Shown: piece after piece, positions 9,049 through 18,745 of the stretch
Numbering within the stretch: the stretch's first letter is position 1
How the letters are laid out: every line of letters starts with the position of its first letter
DNA from: Candidatus Omnitrophota bacterium
GTDB taxonomy: Bacteria; Omnitrophota; Gorgyraeia; Gygaellales; Profunditerraquicolaceae
DNA: 64,000 nt
Direction: 5' to 3'
NCBI GenBank assembly: GCA_043812955.1
Contig: JBDRLN010000012.1
Coordinates: 12,749-76,748 of the forward strand
The notes under the pieces: generated by a model
The model's input: the letters and a program-made list of their open reading frames with translations, nothing else
What the model was told of the DNA's origin: nothing
Database searches by the model: none
Translations under genes and position numbers: made by a program

Positions 9049-10407
9049 TTATTTGCTTCTTTTTACTGATTTCTTGGATTTTACCGAAACCAACGGATCA
9101 AAGAGTTCAATTATTTCGTCTTTTACAAATTTGACGCAGAATTCTTTCAGTAAACTATCCGGCATAGCCTTGATCTCAATAGCATTATCCAGCGAATATT
9201 TAACCAGCCTTCCTACAACGGTATGGGCTTCTTTAAAAGCCACTTTTCTATCTACCAGATAATATACCAGATCAGTGGCATACAAGGATTCGTCCTTCAG
9301 ATGTTCTTTTATTTTAGCTTCATTGAACTTAATAGTCCTGATCAATCCTGGTAAAACCTTTAATTCGCCTGAGACTATTTCCAAGGAATTAAATAAAGGC
9401 TCCTTATCCAGCTGCATATCCCGGTTATAGGTCAGGGGCAACCCTTTCATCAGAGTAAGTATACTGACTAAATTGCCGTATACCCGGGAAGAATAACCCC
9501 TGACCAGTTCCAGGACATCGGGATTTTTCTTCTGGGGCATTAATGAACTACCGGTGCAAAAAGACTCATCTATTTCAATAAAATCAAACTCTTTGCTCGA
9601 CCAGATTATGAGATCCTCGGATAGCCGGGATAAGTGCATGGCAATTATGGATAAGCAAGAGATAATTTCAATGATAAAATCCCGGTCGCTAACCGTATCC
9701 AGTGAATTAGAGGTTGCCTGGATATTAAGCATATTGCCGATCTTTAAACCTTTAAAGCAATCCAAGGCCTTAATATTATATTCCCGGCAATTTATGGGAG
9801 TCCCGGCTAATGCCCCCGAACCAAGCGTTACCTTCATATTTAGAGATATATAATCCAACCTCTCCAAATCCCGGCTTAGCATTTCAATATAGGCGCCAAG
9901 ATAATCTTTAAGATAAACCGGCTGGGCATGCTGCAGATGAGTAAAACCGGGTATTATAATATCTATGTTCTTGGCCATCAATTCATTAGTAGATTTAATG
10001 AATTTTACCACATCTGCCTTTAAACCGGCTATAGCCACTTTACAATACGCCTTAGTGGCAAATACCACCTGGTCATTTCTGGATCTGGCAGTATGTAGTT
10101 TTAAAGCCAGGCTGCCGACTTTTTTATACAGAATATTCTGGATATTAGTATGAATATCCTCAGACTTTTCATCCGGCCTAAAATTCCCCTTTACAACCTG
10201 GTTGTAAATAGAACGAATGGCCTTAGAGAGCTTCCTAGACTCAATTAGAGTCAAATATCCGACATTTTTCAAAACCTGGACATGGATCATCGAGCCGATA
10301 AGGTCATATTCAGCGATCTTGTAATCGTAATGAATAGACTTGGTAAATTCCTCGGCTATAGGATCTGTCTTCTTGCTGAATCTTCCGCCCCACAATTTCT
10401 CCGCCAT
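9049..10407 (-). CDS. argH: Argininosuccinate lyase
   Basis: LWGGRF, RSRNDQV, TGSSLMPQKKNPD. Confidence 0.97.
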   Translation of the reverse strand: MAEKLWGGRFSKKTDPIAEEFTKSIHYDYKIAEYDLIGSMIHVQVLKNVGYLTLIESRKLSKAIRSIYNQVVKGNFRPDEKSEDIHTNIQNILYKKVGSLALKLHTARSRNDQVVFATKAYCKVAIAGLKADVVKFIKSTNELMAKNIDIIIPGFTHLQHAQPVYLKDYLGAYIEMLSRDLERLDYISLNMKVTLGSGALAGTPINCREYNIKALDCFKGLKIGNMLNIQATSNSLDTVSDRDFIIEIISCLSIIAMHLSRLSEDLIIWSSKEFDFIEIDESFCTGSSLMPQKKNPDVLELVRGYSSRVYGNLVSILTLMKGLPLTYNRDMQLDKEPLFNSLEIVSGELKVLPGLIRTIKFNEAKIKEHLKDESLYATDLVYYLVDRKVAFKEAHTVVGRLVKYSLDNAIEIKAMPDSLLKEFCVKFVKDEIIELFDPLVSVKSKKSVKRSK

Positions 10408-10427
10408 CTCTTCTCCTAAAGTTTTTC

Positions 10428-10457
10428 TTTACCTTTACCTTTACCTTTACCTTTACC
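10428..10457. repeat. (TTTACC)5 hexamer array at the argG stop
   Basis: Five perfect units between argG and argH. Confidence 0.9.
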
Positions 10458-11638
10458 TATCTTTGATATGGCATGCCCCAGATCTTAATAAAGCCTTCCG
10501 CTAATCTCTGGTCAAACTTATCTTCTTTTCCGTAAGTGCTCAATTCTTTTTTATAAAGCGAGTGCGCTGATTTTCGGGAAACCGGCGCGCAAACCCCTTT
10601 GGTCAATTTCAGCTTTATAGAACCGCTCACATATTTCTGAGTAGAATCAATAAAATCATCTAAAGCCTGCTTTAATGGAGAATACCATAATCCATAATAA
10701 ACCAATTCCGAATATTTTAAGCCGATAATTTCCTTAAAATGAGCTGTCTCCCGGTCCAAGACCAGACTCTCTAATTCCCGGTGAGCAATATGTAGTATAG
10801 TAGCAGCAGGCGCTTCATAGATCTCCCGGGATTTAATACCGACCAGCCTATTTTCAACCAAATCCTGTCTGCCCACTCCATACGTTCCGCCAACGACATT
10901 TAAATGACTTATTAAGTCTTTTAGCTTGTAAATCTTTCCGTCTATTTTCTTAGGTTTACCTTTTTCAAAATAAACCTCAATATATTTAGGATAGGTTGTG
11001 CCTCCTGCGGGGCTTTTAGTAATCAAATATGCGTCTTCAGGAGGTTCCTGCTCTAAATTCTCCAATATTCCGGCCTCAATGCTTACTCCCCAGATGTTCC
11101 GATCAATGCTATAAGGTTTTTTCTTAGTTACATCAATAGGTATATTTTTGGCTTTAGCATACTCTATTTCTTCTTCCCGAGACTTGAATTCCCATTCCCT
11201 GACCGGAGCCAAGATCTTCAGTTTCGAATCCAATATTCCGGCAGTAACTTCAAGCCTGACCTGATCATTTCCTTTTCCAGTACATCCATGCGCGATGCTA
11301 TCTGCCTTCTCCTTATGGGCTATCTCAACCAGATATTTAGCAATTAAAGGCCGGCCTAAAGCTGTAGCCAAAAGGTATTTGCCTTCATAAATAGCATTGG
11401 CTTTTAAAGCTGGCATGATAAAATCCTCAACAAATTCATCCTGTAGATCCTTGATATAAACCTTAGAAGCTCCGGCTGCCAAAGCCCTCTCCTCGATCGC
11501 CTCAAAACTCTCGCCTTGGCCCAGGCCCTGCCCTAAATCCGCAACAAAACAGATAACATCATAGCCTTTATCCTTTAACCATCTGACTATACAAGAAGTA
11601 TCTAAACCGCCGGAGTAAGCCAATACTACTTTATTCAT
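10457..11638 (-). CDS. argG: Argininosuccinate synthase
   Basis: LAYSGGLDTS, HGCTGKGNDQ, GIKSREIYEAP. Confidence 0.98.
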   Translation of the reverse strand: MNKVVLAYSGGLDTSCIVRWLKDKGYDVICFVADLGQGLGQGESFEAIEERALAAGASKVYIKDLQDEFVEDFIMPALKANAIYEGKYLLATALGRPLIAKYLVEIAHKEKADSIAHGCTGKGNDQVRLEVTAGILDSKLKILAPVREWEFKSREEEIEYAKAKNIPIDVTKKKPYSIDRNIWGVSIEAGILENLEQEPPEDAYLITKSPAGGTTYPKYIEVYFEKGKPKKIDGKIYKLKDLISHLNVVGGTYGVGRQDLVENRLVGIKSREIYEAPAATILHIAHRELESLVLDRETAHFKEIIGLKYSELVYYGLWYSPLKQALDDFIDSTQKYVSGSIKLKLTKGVCAPVSRKSAHSLYKKELSTYGKEDKFDQRLAEGFIKIWGMPYQR

Positions 11639-11666
11639 CTCCTCACCTCAACTATTGTATTGGTAT

Positions 11667-11845
11667 TGGGGACAGGTCCCTATGTGTATTGGGGACAGGT
11701 CCCTATGCTATAACACTATATAAAACAATAACTTCCAATTAGTCACTTTGCACTTTTATAGAATATAATTTATAATAAAAAGTGAAATGTGCCTTAATCT
11801 AACTAACATATATCCCAATAAGTTAGACCAAGGGGACCAGTCCCC
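11667..11845. repeat. GGGGAC-tagged inverted-repeat element
   Basis: GGGGACAGGTCCC twice (11667, 11691) and GGGGACCAGTCCCC (11832) flank an AT-rich core. Confidence 0.6.
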
Positions 11846-11855
11846 CCCCTGCTTT

Positions 11856-12257
11856 TTACGGACAAGTCATTGCCGCACTTGGTTCTGCGTCACTACTATT
11901 AGTAAGATTAAAATACCTCTGGTCGCTGCTAAATCGCCTTGCCTGCACGCAACCGGAACTATAAACTGTATAGTTCCAATTTCGATTAGTATTATTGCTT
12001 AAGGAAACCGAAAGATTGTTATTGATTGCCATGATATCTGATACATTATTAATAGTAGAGTTAGGATAATACCTACCCATCTCCACAAAATATCCCTTTT
12101 GCGCTGACTGAAGTATTTTGAGGCTAGAAATAGCCTCTCTATCAGCTACCCTTTCAGTACTACCGGCAAAGTTCATCACGCTCAGGGTTGCCAGAATACT
12201 GATAATAACAAGAACAATATATAATTCTAAAAGAGTAAATCCTTTAGTATTCACCAT
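11856..12257 (-). CDS. Type IV pilin-like protein
   Basis: Class III signal KG/FTLLE, hydrophobic helix, C-terminal Cys pair. Confidence 0.88.
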   Translation of the reverse strand: MVNTKGFTLLELYIVLVIISILATLSVMNFAGSTERVADREAISSLKILQSAQKGYFVEMGRYYPNSTINNVSDIMAINNNLSVSLSNNTNRNWNYTVYSSGCVQARRFSSDQRYFNLTNSSDAEPSAAMTCP

Positions 12258-13182
12258 TCCTCCATTTTAGTTTTAGTAATTTAATCAGTACTGCCTTTTG
12301 AATATGCATCCTGTTTTCCGCCTGATCAAATACTATAGAATTAGGACTATCCATGATCTCACTGGTAATTTCCAGGCCCCGGTGCGCTGGCAGACAATGC
12401 ATAATCAATGTCTTTTTTTTAGCTAACCTGACTAATTTACTATTCAGCTGAAATTCCTGGAAAATTTTCTGCCTTTTCTTAGTTTCTGACTCCTGGCCCA
12501 TACTTGCCCACACATCAGTATATATAACATCGGATCCCTTAACTGCTTCCCGCGGATTTAAAAAAAGCTTTATCTTAGATCCGGTCCTAGCGCCGGCATT
12601 TTTTGCCTCCCTAACAATAGCTGGATCAGGGGCATATCCTTTAGGCGTAGCGATATTCAAATTTAAACCTACCTTAGAAGCAGCATGCAGCAAAGAATGA
12701 CAAACGTTGTTTCCATCTCCTATATAAACTAAGGTTATACCTTTAAATTTAGAAAACTTCTCTTTAATAGTATAAATATCAGCTAACCCCTGACAAGGAT
12801 GGATAAGGTCAGACAGCCCATTAATTACCGGAACACTTGCATACCTAGCCATATCCAATAAACTCTTCTGGGCAAATGTCCTAAGGACTATCGCATCAAC
12901 ATACCGGCTTAGAGTCCTGGCCACATCCGGTATACTCTCCCTTACCCCTAATTTAATATGTTCAGGCCCGAGATATATCGAATTCCCTCCTAATTCATAC
13001 ATTCCTACCTGAAAAGAAACATAAGTTCTATTAGACGGCTTTTCAAATATCAAAGCCAGGGTTTTACCCTTAAGCGAATCATTAAATTTAGCTGGATCTT
13101 TTTTAAGCTCTGTGGTTAGTTCCAATATTTCATTAACCTCTTTGGTACTTAAATCGCTAATACAAATCAGGTCTTTTTTCAC
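12244..13182 (-). CDS. argF: Ornithine carbamoyltransferase
   Basis: FEKPSNRT, HPCQ, WASMG, HCLP. Confidence 0.96.
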   Translation of the reverse strand: MKKDLICISDLSTKEVNEILELTTELKKDPAKFNDSLKGKTLALIFEKPSNRTYVSFQVGMYELGGNSIYLGPEHIKLGVRESIPDVARTLSRYVDAIVLRTFAQKSLLDMARYASVPVINGLSDLIHPCQGLADIYTIKEKFSKFKGITLVYIGDGNNVCHSLLHAASKVGLNLNIATPKGYAPDPAIVREAKNAGARTGSKIKLFLNPREAVKGSDVIYTDVWASMGQESETKKRQKIFQEFQLNSKLVRLAKKKTLIMHCLPAHRGLEITSEIMDSPNSIVFDQAENRMHIQKAVLIKLLKLKWRNGEY

Positions 13183-14438
13183 CCCGCACCTTCTTTCCTA
13201 TTCATTATTCTAAAACCTGTCGCCTTTAAGTCATTTAATTTTTTGGAAGGTGCGGGGTCCGCGCCCCTTAAAACATTATCCAATATCTTAATCGCCTTAT
13301 TAATTTCTGTTTTACCTATATTTAAAGCCGGCATTAACCTTAATACCGTATCGTGGGTACAATTAATCAATAATCCCTGTTTTAGGCATTGCTCGACTAT
13401 TTCTCTTCCCTCCTGTTTTAATTCCAATCCCCACATTAAACCCATTCCCCTTATCTCCTTAATCAGAGGATATTTATCCTTAAGCTCCAGTAGTTTAGCC
13501 TGGAGATACTCACTCATCTTTAAAGTATTACGCAAGATCTTTTCCTTTTGTATTGACCTTAAAACCGCTACCGCTGCCTTGGCTACCAATGGCCCTCCGC
13601 CGAAAGTAGAAGCGTGAGTGCCCGGGCTAAGGCAATCGGAAATCTCTTTTTTTACCATCATAGCGCCAATAGGTAAACCCCCGCCTAAGGCCTTAGCCAT
13701 AGTAAAGATATCCGGGACAATCCCGTAATTCTGCCAGGCAAACATTTTACCGGTGCGCCCGATGCCAGTCTGAACCTCGTCAATTATCAAAAGAATATTT
13801 TCATCATCGCAAAGCTGCCGCAAATTCAGGATAAAACCCCGGGTAGCGATATTAATCCCGCCTTCACCCTGCACCAATTCCAGCATTATAGCCGCAGTCT
13901 TAGGGGTAAGCGCGCATTTTAGCGCTGAGAAATCATTAAATTTAACTGTCTTAAAACCCTCGGGCAGGGGCGCGAAGCCCTGCTGATATTTAGCCTGGCC
14001 TGTAGCTGCCAAAGCAGCCAGAGTCCTTCCATGAAAAGAATTTTCAAAAGTAATAACCTCATACTTGCCTTTGCCGAATTTACGGCTGAATTTTATTGCC
14101 GCCTCATTTGCCTCAGCCCCGGAATTGCAAAAAAAAGCCTTAAACGGATACTTGGTCCAATGATTTAATTCCCGGGCTAATTTTGCCTGGGGTAAATTAT
14201 AATAATTATTGGGCACAAAGATCAGTTTAGTAACCTGGTCTTTCACAGCTGACATCACCTTGGGATGGCAATGACCTAAATTACAGACCCCCCATCCGGG
14301 AAAAAAATCCAAATATTTATTTCCCTGGATATCCCAAAGAAAGCTGCCTTTTCCTTTAACAAATACTAGAGGCTGCTTGGTATAGGTGGGCATTACATAA
14401 TCTTTATAGATATTAAACACATCCTGGAGCTTGGTCAT
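13179..14438 (-). CDS. argD: Acetylornithine aminotransferase; C-terminal tail encoded by a 78-bp element
   Basis: NSGAEANE, FHGRT, DEVQTG, AKALGGG, HASTFGG. Confidence 0.95.
   Translation of the reverse strand: MTKLQDVFNIYKDYVMPTYTKQPLVFVKGKGSFLWDIQGNKYLDFFPGWGVCNLGHCHPKVMSAVKDQVTKLIFVPNNYYNLPQAKLARELNHWTKYPFKAFFCNSGAEANEAAIKFSRKFGKGKYEVITFENSFHGRTLAALAATGQAKYQQGFAPLPEGFKTVKFNDFSALKCALTPKTAAIMLELVQGEGGINIATRGFILNLRQLCDDENILLIIDEVQTGIGRTGKMFAWQNYGIVPDIFTMAKALGGGLPIGAMMVKKEISDCLSPGTHASTFGGGPLVAKAAVAVLRSIQKEKILRNTLKMSEYLQAKLLELKDKYPLIKEIRGMGLMWGLELKQEGREIVEQCLKQGLLINCTHDTVLRLMPALNIGKTEINKAIKILDNVLRGADPAPSKKLNDLKATGFRIMNRKEGAG
13181..13258. mobile_element. 78-bp MITE/REPIN-like element, copy 1
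   Basis: 13-bp TIR ACCCCGCACCTTC / GAAGGTGCGGGGT; same-length copies at 16440 and 56688. Confidence 0.75.
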
Positions 14439-15289
14439 TTTATTATCTCCGTGCCGATACCCTTATCGGTAAATATCTCCAGAAGCAAGGCATGAGAGAT
14501 GCAGGCATCAATAATATGGGTCTTTTTTACGCCTTTATCCAGGGCCTCAATACAAGCCTTAACCTTGGGGATCATCCCCTGTTGAATAACCTTACTTTTA
14601 ATCAACCCCCGGGCGTCTTCTTCGTTTAAAGTCGAGATAAAAGAATGCTGATCCTCTGGGTTACGCATAATACCTTTTACATTAGTCAATAAAACTAGCT
14701 TTTCCGCCTTTAAAGAAGCTGCGACATTAGCAGCCGCCTCATCGGCATTGACATTATAAGCAAACTTATCCAATCCTACGCCCATCGGTAAAATAGCTAC
14801 TAAGGCGTTACTCCTTAATTCATCAAGGATAACCTGGCCATTTACCCCAATGATATTTCCGACCCGGCCTAAATCTATTTTGGCTTTTTTCTTCTCAGCC
14901 TGGATCAAACCTTTATGTTTGCCGTTTAACCCTACTGCCTTTACGCCCATCCCTAAAATCTCTTTAACTATTATATCGTTTAATTTTTGTAATTCTTCTT
15001 CAACCACTACCAGGGTCTCTTCATCAGTTACCCGCATGCCATCGACAAAATCAGTTTTCTTCCCTGAGGCCCGCATCCGGTCGCTGATATTCGGGCCGCC
15101 GCCATGGACTAATACCGGCTTTAAACCGATAAAACTCAAAAACACAATATCTTCTAATACGCCTTTACGTATTTTATCCTCGCCCAATATACTGCCTCCG
15201 TATTTGATCACAATAATTTTATTGTGAAATTTTCGGATATAAGGCAAGGCCTCGATCAAAACATCCGCTTTCTTAATAGCTTCTTCCAT
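14435..15289 (-). CDS. argB: Acetylglutamate kinase
   Basis: IKYGGS, VHGGGP, GMRVTD, NVNAD, GMIPKV. Confidence 0.97.
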   Translation of the reverse strand: MEEAIKKADVLIEALPYIRKFHNKIIVIKYGGSILGEDKIRKGVLEDIVFLSFIGLKPVLVHGGGPNISDRMRASGKKTDFVDGMRVTDEETLVVVEEELQKLNDIIVKEILGMGVKAVGLNGKHKGLIQAEKKKAKIDLGRVGNIIGVNGQVILDELRSNALVAILPMGVGLDKFAYNVNADEAAANVAASLKAEKLVLLTNVKGIMRNPEDQHSFISTLNEEDARGLIKSKVIQQGMIPKVKACIEALDKGVKKTHIIDACISHALLLEIFTDKGIGTEIIK

Positions 15290-15304
15290 AGTTTTTTACC
15301 TCAT

Positions 15305-16441
15305 CTAGTTATAGGCTGCGTTGATCTTAATATACTCGGGGGTAAGGTCGCAGGTATAAACCGTCGAACCACAATTACCCGCAAAGAGATTAACCTTAAC
15401 CTCGATATCTTGCTTATCTAAAGGGCTTAAAAAAACTTTTAATCTATCTTCATTAAAACTTACTCCGGCCGCCCCAATGCCTGCCGCCACTCTGCCGAAA
15501 TTAGGATTTTCCCCGAAAATCGCGGTCTTAAATAAATTAGAATTTGCAATTGCCAAACCCGCCTGTTTGGCTTCCTTTTTGCTCCTGGCTCCAGTCACAT
15601 TAATCTTAATAAATTTAGTAGCCCCCTCGCCATCCCGGATTATCATCTTCGCTAATTCCAGGCAAACTAAGCTTAAAGCCTTAAGAAATAACTGGTAGCC
15701 AATCCCATCATTAATAAGTTTATTTTCAGCAGCCCCGTTAGCCAGAATGATCACGGTATCATTTGTACTCATACACCCGTCAACTGTAATGCAATTAAAA
15801 GAATCATCTACTGCCATCCTCAAGGCCTTATCCAGGCCGGGCTGGGTAATTAAAGCATCCGTAAATATAAACCCGAGCATTGTCGCCATATTCGGGGCGA
15901 TCATACCTGAACCTTTGGCAATACCGCAGATTTTTATCCGCTGGCGGCCGTAGCTAAACTCTAGAGTAACTTCTTTGGTAATGATATCCGTAGTCAGAAT
16001 CGCTAATTTAGCTTTTTCTATCCCCTTAGGCGTTAATCCGGCAATCAATTCCGGAATAAACTTTTTTATTTTATCCATAGGCAGCCTTTTACCGATAATT
16101 CCGGTAGAGGCCACCAATACACCCTCTTTTTTTAAACCCATTTCCCGGGATAATATCCGGGCAGTCTCCTGAGCATCCCTCAATCCTTGCGCACCGGTAA
16201 AACAATTGGCATTACCGCTGTTAACTATTATCGCCTGAAAAACCTTTTCTTGCTTAAGATGTCTTTGGTTTAATTTCAAGGGAGCAGCCTTAATTTTATT
16301 AGCGGTAACTACACAACTAGCCTTGGCCGGCACTAAAGAATAGAATAAGGCTAAATCCGGTTTCCCGGATCTTTTAATCCCCGCGCATAAACCATTAGCT
16401 TTAAAACCAATAGGTAAAATAGCTTTTTTAAAGATCTTCAC
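15305..16441 (-). CDS. argJ: Bifunctional ornithine acetyltransferase / N-acetylglutamate synthase
   Basis: SGNANCFTG, KGSGMIAPNMATML, STNDT, DGEGATK. Confidence 0.97.
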   Translation of the reverse strand: MKIFKKAILPIGFKANGLCAGIKRSGKPDLALFYSLVPAKASCVVTANKIKAAPLKLNQRHLKQEKVFQAIIVNSGNANCFTGAQGLRDAQETARILSREMGLKKEGVLVASTGIIGKRLPMDKIKKFIPELIAGLTPKGIEKAKLAILTTDIITKEVTLEFSYGRQRIKICGIAKGSGMIAPNMATMLGFIFTDALITQPGLDKALRMAVDDSFNCITVDGCMSTNDTVIILANGAAENKLINDGIGYQLFLKALSLVCLELAKMIIRDGEGATKFIKINVTGARSKKEAKQAGLAIANSNLFKTAIFGENPNFGRVAAGIGAAGVSFNEDRLKVFLSPLDKQDIEVKVNLFAGNCGSTVYTCDLTPEYIKINAAYN

Positions 16442-16517
16442 CCTGCACCTTCTTTTATATTCATAATCTTAAAAACTTTCACCTCTAAATCATTTAATTT
16501 TTTAGAAGGTGCGGGGT
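16440..16517. mobile_element. 78-bp MITE/REPIN-like element, copy 2
   Basis: ACCCTGCACCTTC...GAAGGTGCGGGGT fills the whole argC-argJ spacer. Confidence 0.75.
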
Positions 16518-17543
16518 TCATTTTAACCCAGTCGTTTCGGACAAGCCATACATAATATTCATATTCTGGAGCGCCTGGCCGGAAGCCCCTTTGAGAAGAT
16601 TGTCAATTACCGCGATAATTATTATCTTATCGCCATCGTCTTTAACCGCGATATCGCAGAAATTCGTCCCTACCACATCTTTGAGCTTAGGAAAAACCCC
16701 TGCTTCTTTAATTCTTACGAAAGGTTCGTTTTTATAGAATTTCCTATATAGCTCTATTAAACTTTGCGCTTTGAGCTTTACGCTTTGAGCTTTATTAATA
16801 TATATAGTTTCCAAGATCCCTCTATTTAAAGGCAGAAGATGCGGCACAAAAGTAACCTCGATTTTCTTACCCGAAATCCGGGATAATTCCTGGTTGATTT
16901 CGGGTTTATGCTGATGGTTATTAATCTTGTAGGCTTTAAAATCCTCATTAATCTCCGAAAAAAGGAAATCCTCAGCGATTTTTCTGCCTGCGCCAGTTAC
17001 CCCGGATTTAGCGTCGATGATTATTGAGCCGCCTTCAATTAAATTCACGGCTAGAACAGGAGCTAAGGCTAAAATTGCCGCGGTCGGATAACACCCGGGG
17101 TTGGCGATTAATTTTGCTTTTTTAATCTTTATCCGGTAAATTTCAGGCAAGCCATAAACCGCTTCTTTTAGATATGTTTTATCTTTATGCTTAGTCTTAT
17201 AAAATTCTTCATAAACTGAAGTGCTTTTTAGCCTGTAATCAGCGCTTAAATCAATGACTTTCTTTCCGGCGGATAATAATCTCGGGACAACCTCCATAGA
17301 AACTGTATGCGGTAATGCCAAAAAAACCAGGTCGCATTTATCAGCAATTTCTTTTATATCAATCTCCTTGCAGACCAGGTCAAGTTTTTGTTTAAATTTA
17401 GGAAATATATCCGATATTATCCTGGGTTTATCTATTTTGGCATAGAGCCCGGATATCCTGACGTTAGGATGTTTTAAAAGCATCTCGATCAAGATTTCGC
17501 CGGCATAACCGGTTGCACCCACAATTCCCGCGTTTATCAACAT
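16518..17543 (-). CDS. argC: N-acetyl-gamma-glutamyl-phosphate reductase
   Basis: GATGYAG, NPGCYPT, SGVTGAGR, DNLLKGASGQA; heptamer array 16761-16795 encodes AQSVKLKAQS. Confidence 0.97.
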   Translation of the reverse strand: MLINAGIVGATGYAGEILIEMLLKHPNVRISGLYAKIDKPRIISDIFPKFKQKLDLVCKEIDIKEIADKCDLVFLALPHTVSMEVVPRLLSAGKKVIDLSADYRLKSTSVYEEFYKTKHKDKTYLKEAVYGLPEIYRIKIKKAKLIANPGCYPTAAILALAPVLAVNLIEGGSIIIDAKSGVTGAGRKIAEDFLFSEINEDFKAYKINNHQHKPEINQELSRISGKKIEVTFVPHLLPLNRGILETIYINKAQSVKLKAQSLIELYRKFYKNEPFVRIKEAGVFPKLKDVVGTNFCDIAVKDDGDKIIIIAVIDNLLKGASGQALQNMNIMYGLSETTGLK

Positions 17544-17674
17544 ATTAGTGCTCCTTAAATACTCCGCTTAAAAAACCTAAAAGATTTTACCCCAAAATGA
17601 GCTGGCTCTACCGGATGCCTATATTATACATTTAACAAATTTTAAATCAAGTATTTTTCTCGTCGGTGTATAAA

Positions 17675-17702
17675 ATAAAAAATCCCGCTCACTTTTTGCG
17701 GG
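17675..17702 (-). terminator. Intrinsic terminator after rpsI
   Basis: CCCGC...GCGGG stem with a T-run on the minus strand. Confidence 0.55.
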
Positions 17703-17714
17703 ACCTTTATAAAT

Positions 17715-17778
17715 CTACCTGCAACCTATCCTACCTACTATCTACCTGCCTACCGGCAGGCAGGCTACCTACTACATA
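17715..17778. repeat. Heptamer array with embedded CCTGCCTACCGGCAGGCAGG palindrome (17745-17764)
   Basis: ctacctg caaccta..ctaccta ctatcta [palindrome] ctaccta ctacata. Confidence 0.8.
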
Positions 17779-17785
17779 CTGTCTT

Positions 17786-18181
17786 TTACCTCTTGGTCCA
17801 CTGGAAGCGTTTACGGGCGCCCTTCTGCCCGGACTTCTTACGCTCTTTCATCCTAGGATCACGGGTAAGAAAACCGTTTTTACGTAAAGTCTCTTTGAGC
17901 TGTGGCTCTGCCGACATTAAAGCCCTGGCTATTCCTAAACGGATCGCCCCGGCCTGACCGGCTAACCCGCCGCCCTGAATATTAGCCGCTACGTCATATT
18001 TTCCGGCGGTATTAGTTAATTCTAACGGCTGACGGACGATGATCCTGTCTGTCTCGCGGATAAAATACTCTTCAAAAACCCGGTGATTAACCGTAATCTT
18101 TCCCTTACCAGGAATAAGATATATCCTAACCTTGGCTTCCTTACGCCTACCTATTGCCGCATATTTTATAATATCGCTCAT
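17786..18181 (-). CDS. rpsI: 30S ribosomal protein S9
   Basis: GRRK, GGG-AGQAGAIRLGIARAL, LTRDPRMKERKK, QWTKR. Confidence 0.98.
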   Translation of the reverse strand: MSDIIKYAAIGRRKEAKVRIYLIPGKGKITVNHRVFEEYFIRETDRIIVRQPLELTNTAGKYDVAANIQGGGLAGQAGAIRLGIARALMSAEPQLKETLRKNGFLTRDPRMKERKKSGQKGARKRFQWTKR

Positions 18182-18185
18182 ATTA

Positions 18186-18617
18186 TTATAATTTAATTAA
18201 CTCCGGTTTTTGGGCCGCATGTTTATGCTTGTCATCGGCATAAACATGTAATTTAGAAAACATAGCCTCGGCTAAAGCCCCCTTAGGCAGCATTCTTCTT
18301 ACTGCCAATTGGATCACAGTAGCCGGTTTTTTAGCCAACATCTGATCTAATACCACTTCCCGCAAGCCACCCTGGTATCCGGAATACCTGCGGTAGACCT
18401 TCTGCTTCAGTTTTCTTCCGGTCACCTTGATTTTTGCGGCATTAATTACGATCACCGCATCTCCCGTATCAATATGCGGGCTGTAAATAGCCTTATGCTT
18501 ACCCTTCAGTATACTGGCAACTTTACTAGCCAGCCTTCCTAATACCTTACCTTCGGCATCTATCAGGAACCATTTACAGATTATATCTTCTTTCTTGGGA
18601 ATATACGTCTTTTGCAT
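18186..18617 (-). CDS. rplM: 50S ribosomal protein L13
   Basis: DAEGKVLGRLAS, GKHK, DTGD, MLPK, HAAQKP. Confidence 0.98.
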   Translation of the reverse strand: MQKTYIPKKEDIICKWFLIDAEGKVLGRLASKVASILKGKHKAIYSPHIDTGDAVIVINAAKIKVTGRKLKQKVYRRYSGYQGGLREVVLDQMLAKKPATVIQLAVRRMLPKGALAEAMFSKLHVYADDKHKHAAQKPELIKL

Positions 18618-18673
18618 AGTTTATAAAATATAGCACAATTCCAGATTATGTCAAATATTTTTTTAAAATAATA

Positions 18674-18729
18674 GGGGACGTTTCTATTTTTCTGTTTATC
18701 TAAATATTGAAAAATAGAAACGTCCCCTA
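18674..18729. repeat. 56-bp palindromic repeat, left copy flanking the MFS gene
   Basis: 19-bp arms GGGGACGTTTCTATTTTTC; identical to 19904-19959. Confidence 0.95.
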
Positions 18730-18745
18730 TTCGTCCCCTGTTAAC

